A stretch of 64,000 nucleotides of DNA, taken from the NCBI GenBank assembly GCA_051362555.1, contig CM120646.1, positions 8,804,001 to 8,868,000 on the forward strand, in the 5' to 3' direction. The DNA comes from Lingula anatina (taxonomy: Eukaryota > Animalia > Brachiopoda). Position numbers and translations under genes: made by a program. The notes below the pieces were generated by a model. That model did no database searches. It was given only the letters and a program-made list of their open reading frames with translations, and was not told the origin of the DNA. Each line of letters starts with the position of its first letter. Position 1 is the stretch's first letter. Below are positions 41,755 through 53,300 of the stretch, in pieces.

Positions 41755-42329
41755 AGAGACTTTCCGGTGCAGTTGGGATACGCGGCTAGATTGTTACGTA
41801 TGTGCAAATGTATCCAGTAACGCACTTCTCTCTTCACGTTCCGGTAAAGTCCAGGAATGCTGGCGCTTCCCGACATAGGTGGCACTCATTCCAATATATA
41901 ATAACAATATACGGCCCCGTAGCCATCCATTTCCAAGGTGGGGGGGATTCTTTTTTATGAAAAAGAAGACAAATATTACCCAATAGTGCAATTTTTCCCG
42001 ACAAAAATGGCGGTTAGTAAGAACCCCACGATCAACCCCCGACTATGTGCCTGATAAACCAAAACTAACGACTCCTCTCTCTTAAAAAGTCGAAATTTGC
42101 ATGAACGTACACTTGAACTATTGTAAAAAAGTATATAAGGCATATAAATTAGCAAACATAACCTTTAATAACTATTTTCAATAATCTTCCACACTGGCTA
42201 GATAGGAGCGCTTGTATTCTGCAGACTAGATTGGACGACGGTATATGAATGCGATAAACGTCACAAGTGCGCACAAACCGATGACGTATTAATTTAGCCC
42301 GCGTATCTCACCGGCAACGGAAACTCTCT
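41755..42329. mobile_element. MITE inserted in the CR1 RT
   Basis: ~35-bp imperfect TIR AGAGA(C/G)TTTCCG.TGC.G.TG.GATACGCGG; ATT on both sides; removing the element restores PGMNNLSYPERL. Confidence 0.85.
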
Positions 42330-43295
42330 ATTCATACCCGGTAGCTGTTTTGTAGCCCTACGCTGCACTCCCTCAATTTTATCAATGAATTTGCTCTTAT
42401 ATGGTGCCCATGCTGAGCTTGCATAATCCAGGTGAGTACGTACTAGTGACTTGTAGAGAGGTAGGAATGTCTTAGAGTCCAAATGTTGAAATATTCTTCT
42501 GATAATTGCGAACATAGAGTTGGCCTTCTTGCATTTTTCACTATGTTTTTCAAAGCTTAAATTATTATCAATTATAACTCCTAGATCCTTTTCTTCTGTG
42601 ACTAGATTGTTATCCATAATCTTATACTTGAAGTCCTGATGTGGGTTATGTTTGCCTAGGTGCATCTGTTTACATTTTTCTGGGTGAAAGCGTAACAACC
42701 AAGTTTTACTCCAGTCTGTGAGTTTATCTAAGTCCTTCTGTAGGGTATCCTTGTCACCCTCCCTATGGATAGTGTTAAATATTTTAGTATCATCTGCAAA
42801 AAGGTACACTGTAGATTCTACAATGTCAGGAAGATCGTTAATAAAAATGACAAACAATAGTAGGCCAATCACCGATCCCTGAGGGATGCCGGACGTCACA
42901 TCTCTCCATGAAGACGAAGCTCTGTTTACTGATACGTGTTGAATTCTCCCACTCAAATAGTGCCTTGTCCATTCTAGTGTTTCCTCTCCTATGCCATATG
43001 CCTCCAGCTTCCTCAGCAGTCTCTGGTGAGGCACTGTATCAAAAGCCTTTTGGTAATCCATATAAATACAATCTATTCCGGCTCCATTGTCAATTGCCTC
43101 GGTCCATTCGTGCAATACTCTTATTAACTGTAGAGCCATAGAACGTCCCGCCATGAATCCATACTGCTTAGTTGAAAACAGGTTATTTCTTGCCATGTGG
43201 TCAATGATGCTATCCCTTACGGATTTCTCCATCAGCTTACAAACCACAGAAGTAAGACTGACTGGTCTATAGTTCCCAGCAAGTGTTTTATTGCC

Positions 43296-45261
43296 TTTTT
43301 ATGTACAGACACAGATGTGTCTGTACATATTGCCATCACCTGCGTCTGTCGTCGCCGTCGCCGATCATGTCGCCGTCGCTGTCGCCGTCGCCGTGCACTT
43401 TCAGCGTTAACCCCATAAGTGGAAGACAGTTTTACTTTTTGGCTTTATATTTACAGAGCTGACTAATATTCATAAAACGCAGGTCAAGTTCGAAAATCAG
43501 CATGATCGGGCCATTATTGTAGAATTTATGCTGTTTTTTTCACTTTTTAGCATATATGCAACACTGTTAACACATTTCAAAGAAAACCGATTGGCCTGTT
43601 GTCATGAAACTCACAGGAGTAATCAGTCTTACTAAAACGCAGATCAAGTTCGAAAATCGGCATGATCGGGCCACTATATTAGTAGTTATGCTGTTTTTTC
43701 ACTTTTCAGCATATATGCAACACTGTTAACACATTTCAAGGAAAACCGATAGACCTGTTGTCATTAAACTCACAGGAGTAATCAATCTTACTAAAACGCA
43801 GGTCAAGTTCGAAAATCGGCATGATCGGGCCACTATTTTACTAGTTATGCTGTTTTTTACACTTTTCAGCCTATATGCAACACTGTAAACACAATATAAG
43901 AAAAACAGATGGGCCAATTGTCATGAAAGTCACAGGAGTGGTCAATTTTACTAAAATGCAGGTTGAGTTCGTAAATCAGCATAATCGTGCCATTATTTTA
44001 GAAGGTATGCTGTTTTTTCACATTTCTTCAGATTCAATTTTTAGGCATGTTAACAGTCTCATTATTAAACTAATAAGATACGTGAAAGTGTTTGTTTGAC
44101 ATTTCCTGCATCTTTACAACATTGTTAGTTGATTATGTAAAAATGATGGTAAACTTGTTATCATGTATTGTATAATAGAGTTTCAAAAATGGAAATAAAC
44201 TCATATCATTGCAATTTGTCAGATTCAATCATTCACTATGTTCAGAATCTCAGAATGGAAGAAATTGGACATTTAACACTGCTCTATTGATACTTTTCTC
44301 ATGTCATCAATTTTCTTAGTTGATCATATAAAAATGGCAGTAAACTGTTAATTTTGTTTTATGTTAAAAATTGTTAAAAATGGGGAAAAAAACATTTCAG
44401 AACAGTGCTGTCTTGTTTACATTTTGGCATTTTCAAGTTGTGACTTTGAAGTTCCATGGGCCTGAAGACCTTTGCTAGTCACATTTTCTGAATATCCATG
44501 ATACTAATATTTTATTAGTAAAAATTGATGGTCATTTTGCTGTTAAACATTATGTAACATTGCATCAAAATTTGAAAAAAAACCTATTTTGGGCACTGCT
44601 CCCATGATTACCTTTTAAGAAAAACCATGTCACTTACTGTTCTCAAACTTACAGGAAAGAAACATGGGACTAAAATACAGCTTCAGTAGGCAATGCAATC
44701 TACCAGATAAACAGTTTTTTTTGTGAAAATTTAATTTTTCACATATTGGCATTTTCAAGGTGTGACTTTGAAGTTCCACAGGCTTGAAGACCCAGGCTAG
44801 TCACATTTTCTGAAAATCCATGATACATATATTTTGTTATTAAAAATTGATTGTCATTATGCTGTTAACCATTATGTAATATTGCATCAGAATAGAAGAA
44901 AACACAATTTTGGGTGCTGCTGCCATGATGACCATAATGGGAAAACCATGTTACTTATGATTGCCAAACTTTCAAAAAAGAAATACAGGACTGAAATGCA
45001 GCCTGAGTTGGAAAAGCAGTCTAATTGACTTCTTTTTCTGGAAGTTTTACATTTTCAAAGTGTGAACTTGAACTCCCATGGGCCTGAAGCTTTATGCTTG
45101 TTTCACATTTTACTTACATTGGTATTACCTGTTGAGCATAATTAAAATTTGATGTTGAATTTGCAGTTTAACATAATGTACTTTTGTATCAGAATTGACA
45201 GTAGCCTATTTTGTTATTTCCTGCTTTTTGTCTGTACATTTGACAGCTTTGCTGCCTTGTT
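43296..45261 (+). mobile_element. Intact ~1.97-kb HINE family 1 copy inserted in the CR1 LINE
   Basis: TTTTT, 5' hairpin, CGT/CGC microsatellite, ~120-bp repeats, subterminal GTCTGTACAT, GACAGC/GCTGCC stem-loop, TTGT; inserted in a T-run with no obvious TSD; the flanks rejoin as IFKKGNK. Confidence 0.88.
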
Positions 45262-45492
45262 TAAAGATAGCACTTAGCTTCGCTTTCTTCCATTCGTATG
45301 GTACTGCTCTTACCTTTAGACTTTTATTGAAGATAATCCAGAGTGGATAAGAAAGTTCTTCTGACAATTCCCTCAGAAGTCGAGGTTGTATATTATCGAT
45401 TCCTGGTGATTTACCTGGTCTTAGACTTTTTAAATGTTTAGTGATATCCTCTTGTGAGATATTTATGCCTAACCACTCAGTGACAATCTCCC

Positions 45493-47274
45493 TTTTTTAT
45501 GTACAGACACAGATGTGTCTGTACATATTGCCATCACCTGCGTCTGTCGTCGCCGTCGCTGTCGCCGTTGTCGCCTTGCACTTTCCTTGTAAACACGATA
45601 AGTGGAATACAGTTTTACTTTTTGGCTTTATAGTTACAGAGCTGATGAATATTCATAAAATGCAGGTCAAGTTCGAAAATCAGCATGATCGGGCCATTAT
45701 TGTAGAAGTTATGCTGTTTTTTCACTTTTCAGCATATATGCAACACTGTAAACACATTTCAACAAAAACCGATAGGCCTGTTGTCATGAAACTCACAGGA
45801 AAAATTGATCTTACCAAAACGCAGGTCAAGTTCGAAAATCGGCATGATCGGGCCACTACTTTAGTAATTATGCTTTTTTTTCACTTTTCAGCATATATGC
45901 AACACTGTAAACAAATTTTAAGAAAAACAGATAGGCCAATTGTCATTAAACTCACAGGAGTGGTCATTCCTGTTAAAATGCAGGTTAAGTTCAAAAATCA
46001 GCATAATCGTGCCATTATTTTAGAAGTTATGCTGTTCTTTACATTTCCTTAGATTCAATTCTTAGGCATGTTAACAGTTTCATTATTTAATTAATAAGAT
46101 ATGTAAAAGTGTTTTTTTTTTTTTTTTGACATTTCCTGCATCTTAAACATTGTCAGTTGATTTTGTAAAAATGATGTTAAACTTGTTATTGTATATTGTG
46201 TAATAAAGTTTCAAAAATGGAAATAAACTCATATCATTGCAGTTTGTCAGACTGAATCATTCACTATGTTCAGAATCTCAGAATCGAAGAAATTGGACAT
46301 TTAACACTGCTCTATTGATATTTTTCCCATCTCATCAATTTTCTTAGTTGGTCATATAAAAATGGCAGTAAACTGTTAATTTTGTTTTATGTTAAAAATT
46401 GTTAAAAATGGAAATAAACCCATTTCAGAACAGTGCTGTCTTGTTTACATTTTGGCATTTTCAAGTTGTGACTTTGAAGTTCCATGGTCCTGAAGACCTT
46501 TGCTAGTCACATTTTCTGAATATCCATGATACTAATATTTTGTTATTAAAAATTGATGGTTATTATGCTGTTAAAAATTATGTAATATTGCATCAAAATT
46601 TGAAAAAAACCTAATTTGGGCACTGCTCCCATTGTGACCATTTAAGAAAAACCATGTCAATTACTGTTCTCAAACAGTACAGTAAATATATATAAATGTG
46701 TCTGTACATATTGCCATCACCTGCGTCTGTCGTCGCCATCATCGCCGGCGCCTTGCACTTTCATTGTAAACACGATAAGTGGAAGGCAGTTTTTATATTT
46801 ATAGAGCTGATGAATTTTCATAAAATGCAGGTCAAGTTCGAAAATCAGGATGATCGGGCCATTATTGTAGAAGTTATGCTTTTTTATCACTTTTCAACAT
46901 ATATGCAACACTGTAAACACATTTCAAGGAAAACCGATAGGCCTGTTGTCATGAAACTCTCAGGAGTAATCGATCTTACTAAAACGCAGGTCAAGTTCAA
47001 AAATCGACATGCAGCCTGAGTTGGAAAAGCAGTCTAATTGGCTTCTTTTTCTGGAAGTTATGTATTTTCAAAGTGTGAACTTGAACTCCCATGGGCCTGA
47101 AGCCTTATGCTTGTTACACATTTAACTTACGTTGGTATTACCTGTTGAGCATAATTAAAATTTGATGTTGAATTTGCAGTTTAACATAATGTATTTTTGC
47201 ATCAGAATTGACAGTAGCCTTTTTTGTTATTTCCTGCTTTTTGTCTGTACATTTGACAGCTTTGCTGCCTTGTT
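45493..47274 (+). mobile_element. HINE family 1 copy with an internal second 5' module, inserted in the CR1 LINE
   Basis: Same termini as 43296-45261; second partial head at about 46696. Confidence 0.85.
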
Positions 47275-48917
47275 CTATGGATGATATTTCTTCCATAGGT
47301 TCCACGGTAAACACGCTGCTAAAGAAGTCTGCTAATATGTTAGCTTTTACTTCATTGTCATCAGTCTTGTCTGATTTCGGGTCCTTTGGATCTATACATA
47401 GTTCCCCAATACCTTGGAATTTATGTACTGCCATATTCTCTTCGGATTTGTTTTAGCTTCTGCTGCGAGATTTTGCTCAAAGGATTTCCTGGCTTTCCTA
47501 GTAAGCTTAGTGACTTGGTTCCTCACTCTGTTGAACTTCTTTCTTACTTCTGGGTCTTTAGTGGAAATGGATTTCCTAGATAACACATTCTTCTCTTTAA
47601 TTTTAAGTAGGGTATCCTTGTCTATTTTTTTTTTTGCTCCACCAATCCTCACGAGTGGCACATGTTTTTCTTCCAGCTCATAGATTTTTTGACAGAATAT
47701 TGACCATGTTTCATCGATGGATCCTTAACACTTAATATAGGAAGTTGACATAAATGTACTCGCTAAAATGGCATCTTGCATTATAAATTTCACACGTCAG
47801 ATTTAATTTTTACTCGCATTGGCATGCTAGGAAGTGCGAGTGTCAAACTGCGACTGCAAGATATTCTTAGTTCAAACTTCAAACTCCGTATCAGGCACTT
47901 TGCTTCTTTTCTCGTCTGCACGAGATAACCTCAGCGCAAGGCAGGAAAGTCAGCTCGAGGCGGCACAAATTTTTTTTTTTCAAGATTTTTTCCACATGGA
48001 ACGCGCCTTTTCCGACGGTACGATTATAAATTTTTCTAAAAAAAATCCACACGGTACAATTATTCAGCATCTAACGTACCGATGGGAATTTTTTGGCAAG
48101 CATATAATTTGTCATTTTTTGATTATAAAGAGAAAGTCAAGTTCGATGACAATGCATTTTAAATACCGGGGAGAAGCCCTGGCTTCAGTGCTCTCTGCTG
48201 CTCTCTTGAGAAAGTAGGTCACACATAAAAGTCTCCAATTTTCTAGCATCCTTACGACGTACATGCATTTGTATTTGCTAGTGCATATTTATTTCATCTT
48301 TTTAAAGCAAGTGCATAGTCATTATTGGAACTTACTTTATCGTTTTGAACTCAAAATATCCACGCTGTTTGACAAATGACAGAACAGTGAGAACTGCTCA
48401 AAAATTTCCCCTATACTCCTCGTCACTCCCCCGCTTTGTCTCGTTTTGGGTAGGTTGTTTAGGTTAGCAGTTTATTTCGATAAACGAGGCTACACTGCAA
48501 ATAAACTCACTGCAGTCTCATCTGTCACGTCTTGATGTTATAAAAAAAGAAACTTAGAATTACCAATAATGACTGTAGAAAAAACAATGACAGGTCATTG
48601 AAAAACATTTACTGCTCAAAACACTAAAAACGGGCCACGGTTGTCTGAGAACACCTTACTACATGTGCTGAGTAAACAAATATGGCTTCATTCGGGCCGC
48701 ATGATGAGTAATCGATAACTAAGAAAGAGAAAAATATCATTTGTTCTTTAGATAGGTGTTTTTAACAACATTTTAACGGACATGTTGTAATATTTCATGT
48801 TTAGCAGTGCTGCATGTCATTTTTAATGAGGGAATTATGCAGTGGCACAGTTATGACGCAACTCTGTCCATTATTTCCACCTAAATGAACCAGCTTAAAT
48901 ATTGAAAAAAAAATTCA

Positions 48918-48918
<1 letters not shown>

Positions 48919-48977
<59 letters not shown>

Positions 48978-48982
48978 TTTTT
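48919..48982. repeat. (TA)n microsatellite followed by poly-T
   Basis: Read directly from the sequence. Confidence 0.97.
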
Positions 48983-49619
48983 GTTTGTTTGTTTTTTGTT
49001 TTGTTTTTTTGGCTGAGGGGGGGGAAGTGAAAATTAGCTCAGGAATGGTGAAACTTGTAAACAGTAAGCCCGACCGGACAGGTGACCTGAAAAATAAGTG
49101 TCGAGCCCTCCAGCAGTGTAATAATCACAAATAATTAATGGATAAATTCATCAGTAGATATGCCCACTCATTTTAGTAATGTTATGTAGTTGCTTGCTAA
49201 AATTTTATGTAAATATAGATGTATATTAGATGCACTTCTCTCAGCTTGGATCACTGCTCAATTATTTTCAGGTTAAAAACGGAATGCAACAATTTTTTTT
49301 TTTTTTTGATTCTTTTCAAAGCAATGGCTTTTTTTCACAATAAACATGGTAATTGCCAACCTTTTTCCATGCAGTACAATGATTCCACACAGTACAATTA
49401 TTAATTTTGAATGATTTTCCATTCAGTTCAATTATTCTGCACAGTACAATTATTAATTTTCAAACATTTTTCCACACGATACAGTTATTTGGACAGTACA
49501 ATTACTAGTATTAATTTTCGAAGATTTTTGCACACAGTACAATTATTCGGACAGTACAATTATTTGGAACTTCAGAGTACATCCATAGGCTACACAGGAG
49601 TGTCCTTTTCCCTTTTGAA

Positions 49620-49738
49620 TTCTCGCCATTTTTGTGAAAACCCAAGAAAAAACAATTGCCAGTTAGAAAGGAGGGTCATGGGATCACCGGTACTGTGTCA
49701 CTTCCGCTTAGCCTCTTATTCGATGTTTTGTGGTTAGT
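49620..49738 (+). promoter_or_regulatory. Alternative candidate promoter or 5'UTR exon for the cyclophilin gene
   Basis: YY1-like CGCCATTTT (49624), ETS-like CACTTCCG (49699) and possible donor TG|GTTAGT at 49733, about 490 nt before the acceptor at 50225. Confidence 0.35.
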
Positions 49739-50248
49739 CTTCTGGTGTGTATTTTTATAAATCTAGTGATATTTTGTCTAATTCAAAACAGATTAAATTT
49801 TTCAATCTCAGTTTATGTTTATTTCTTTATTGAGTGTCTCATGATCACAAAAAATGCACCTGGGACCCTTACTCTTTAATAAGGACATTCAGCTCAGATG
49901 AGAAAACCAGCTCTATTGGATTATAATTTTATTTATTCAATTCAGCAATTTTTTGTGAAATTTTCATTTTTCTCATTCTGGCATTTTCTTAGTGTGAACT
50001 TTCATGGGCCTGAAACTTATACTTTTACCATCATCGATATTATACCTGTTGTGCATGATTAAAATTTGATGTTGACTTTGCAATTAAACATAATGCCATT
50101 ATTGTATCAGAATTGACAGTATCCTGTTTTATGCATTATTATTTTCTGCTTTTTGCCTGTACATTTGACAGCTTTCGGTCTTGTTCAAATTGCCTCTAAT
50201 ATTGATTAAATTTCCTTTTTTTAAGGTTTGTGGTGACAGTTGATAGCT

Positions 50249-50306
50249 ATGGAACCAAAATTCCGACCACGCTGTTTTATGGATGTGGATTATGGTGAAG
50301 GAAAGA
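50249..50306 (+). CDS. PPIG/NKTR-type cyclophilin, first coding exon (MEPKFRPRCFMDVDYGEGK); exon begins at 50226 with 5'UTR
   Basis: Polypyrimidine tract and ttaag acceptor ending at 50225; A|GTAAGT donor; RPRCF.D motif as in PPIG; joins in frame to 57245. Confidence 0.88.
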
Positions 50307-50340
50307 GTAAGTATAAGTTCAAATATGGTGGGTGTAGTTA

Positions 50341-53300
50341 TTAGTACCACCAGCATGTACGCTGGCGGTACTCATGGTTTTAGTCCCGACCCGTCTCGTC
50401 CGTCCCCCCGCGTTCTGTTGCCGGATACAAGTCACCATTACCGCTTCTCCTCCTAGACCGCAAGGACCCCTGTCCCCATCTCTTGGATTTAGGTCACATA
50501 TAATCTCAACTTGAACCCCCTGGTATTTTTGTCCCAGTTGGTGCATTGGCCTGGGCGTGACGCTCGTTGAAATGCACCCTTGTCAAAATTTTTGAAAATT
50601 CAATGCTGAATATCTCCCAAACCAAAAGAATTATGGGAAAAATTACTATAGAACCTTGACCGAAAGTCTTGTGTGGTGATTTCAAATATGCCCTTGGATT
50701 TGACCTTTGACCCTTATTTGAAGGTGAAACAGGCCAAAATTTTTAATAAAACGAATTTTTTTACGAAAAAAAAAATTATTTGCCCTGATATTCAAAAACT
50801 ACACAGACCTAACCTATTATGTTATTGGCAGGTGTTACCTTTCAGGTCATCTTTCATCTCCGTGAGTTTGGGGTCAATTGGTGTATTTTCACGGGAGCAG
50901 CGGCCATTAGATGCCGATACCGAAAACTCTGGAACCGTTAATGCTAGAGACCTCTTGTTTTTTGCATTTGATAGAGCATGTAAAGCCCAACTCTGTAGGA
51001 GGTCTCCATTTTTATGTACAGACACAGATGTGTCTGTACATATTGCCATCACCTGCGTCTGTCGTCGCCGATGCCGATGCCGATGCCGATGCCGTGCACT
51101 TTCCTTGTAAACACGATAAGTGGAGGGCAGTTTTACTTTTTGGCTTTATATTTACAGAGCTGGTGAATATTTATAAAACGCAGGTCAAGTTCGAAAATCA
51201 GCATGATCGGGCCATTATTGTAGAAGTTATGCTGTTTTTTCACTTTTCAGCATATTTTTCACATTTCCTCAGATTCAATTCTTAGGCATGTTAACAGTCT
51301 CATTATTAAACTAATAAGATACGTTAAAGTTTTTGTTTGACATTTCCTGCATCTTTACAACATTGTTAGTTGATTTTGTAAAAATGATGGTAAACTTGTT
51401 ATCGTGTATTGTGTAATAAAGTTTCAAAAATGGAAATAAACTCATATCATTGCAGTTTGTCAGATTCAATTATTCACTATGTTCAGAATCTCAGAATGGA
51501 AGAAATTGGACATTTAACACTGCTTTATTGATATTTTTCCCATCTCATCAATTTTCTTAGTTGATCATATAAAAATGGCAGTAAACTGTTAATTTTGTTT
51601 TATGTTAAAAATTGTTAAAAATGGAAAAAAAACATTTCAGAACAGTGCTGTCTTGTTTACATTTTGGCATTTTCAAGTTGTGACTTTGAAGTTCCATGGG
51701 CCTGAAGACCTTTGCTAGTCACATTTTCTGAATATCCATGATACTAATATTTTATTATTAAAAATTGATGGTCATTATGCTGTTAAACATTATGTAATAT
51801 TGCATCAAAATTTGAAAAAAACCTATTTTGGGCACTGCTCCCATGATGACCATTTAAGAAAAACCATGTCACTTACTGTTCTCAAACAGTACAGTAAATA
51901 TATATATATATAGATGTGTCTGTACATATTGCCATCACCTGCGTCTGTCATCGCCGTCATCGCCGGCGCCGGCGCCGTGCACTTTCATTGTAAACACGAT
52001 AAGTGGAAGGCAGTTTTACTTTTTGGCTTTATATTTACAGAGCTGATGAATATTCATAAAAACGCAGGTCAAGTTCGAAAATCAGCATGATCGGGCCATT
52101 ATTGTAGAAGTTATGTTTTTTTTTTTTTCACTTTTCAGCATATATGCAACACTGTAAACACATTCCAAGGAAAAGCGATAGGCCTGTTGTCATGAAACTC
52201 ACAGGAGTAATCTATCTTACTAAAACGCAGGTCAAGTTCGAAAATCGGCATGATCAGGCCACTATTTTAGTAGTTATGCTTTTTTTTTCACTTTTCAGCA
52301 TATATGCAACACTGTAAACACAATATATGAAAAACAGATAGGCCAATTGTCATTAAACTCACAGGAGTGGTCAATCCTGCTAAAACGCAGGTTGAGTTAA
52401 AAAATCAGCATAATCGGGCCATTATTTTAGAAGTTATGTTGTTTTTTCACATTTCCTCAGATTCAATTCTTAGGCATGTTAACAGTTTCATTATTTAATT
52501 AATAAGATATTAAAAGTGTTTGTTTGACATTTCCTGCATCTTTATAACATTGTTAGTTGATTTTGTAAAAATGATGGTTAATTTGTTATCGTGTATTGTG
52601 TAATAAAGTTTCAAAAGTGGAAATAAACTCATATCATTGCAGTTTGTCAGATTCAATCATTCACTATGTTCAGAATCTCAGAATGGAAGAAATTGGACAT
52701 TTAACACTGCTCTATTGATATTTTTCCCATCTCATCAATTTTCTTAGTTGATCATATAAAAATGGCAGTAAACTGTTAATTTTGTTTTATATTAAAAATT
52801 GTTAAAAATGGAAAAAAAAAAACATTTCAGAACAGTGCTGTCTTGTTTACATTTTGGCATTTTCAAGTTGTGACTTTGAAGTTCCATGGGCCTGAAGACC
52901 TTTGCTAGTCACATTTTCTGAATTTCCATGATACTAATATTTTATTATTAAAAATTGATGGTCATTATGCTGTTAAACATTATGTAATATTGCATCAAAA
53001 TTTGCTCCCATGATGACCATTTAAGAAAAACCATGTCACTTACTGTTCTCAAACAGGACAGTAAATATGTACAGATGTGTCAAAAATGTGTCTGTACATA
53101 TTGCCATCACCTGCGTCTGTCTTTGCCGTCAGCGCCGTCACTGGCGCCTTGCACTTTCATTGTAAACACGATAAGTGGAAGGCAGTTTTACTTTTGGGCT
53201 TTATATTTACAGAGCTGATGAATATTCATAAAACGCAGGTCAAGTTCGAAAATCAGCATGATCGGGCCATTATTGTAGAAGTCATGCTTTTTTCACTTTT

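Larger units (their letters stand above)
41270..47725 (-). mobile_element. 5'-truncated CR1-type LINE (RT ORF2) split into four pieces by three later insertions
   Basis: Pieces at 47275-47725 (AKTNPKRIWQYINSK), 45261-45492 (KSPGIDNIQPRLLRE), 42330-43295 (NYRPVSLTS, DYQKAFDTVPH, GIPQGSVIG, LFADDTK) and 41300-41754 (LSYPERL, IWNSLP); (AATCT)n tail at about 41275-41298. Confidence 0.92.

Noticed and set aside
42294-43247. 317-aa reverse transcriptase as a domesticated gene or retron-like system
   Set aside because: It is a fragment of an interrupted, 5'-truncated CR1-type LINE with a microsatellite tail
45441-46052. 203-aa ORF and similar ORFs (ELMNIHKxQVKFENQHDRA, LCTDTDVSVHIAITCVCRRRR)
   Set aside because: Chance translation of the HINE hairpin, microsatellite and ~120-bp repeats; the frame is broken differently in each copy
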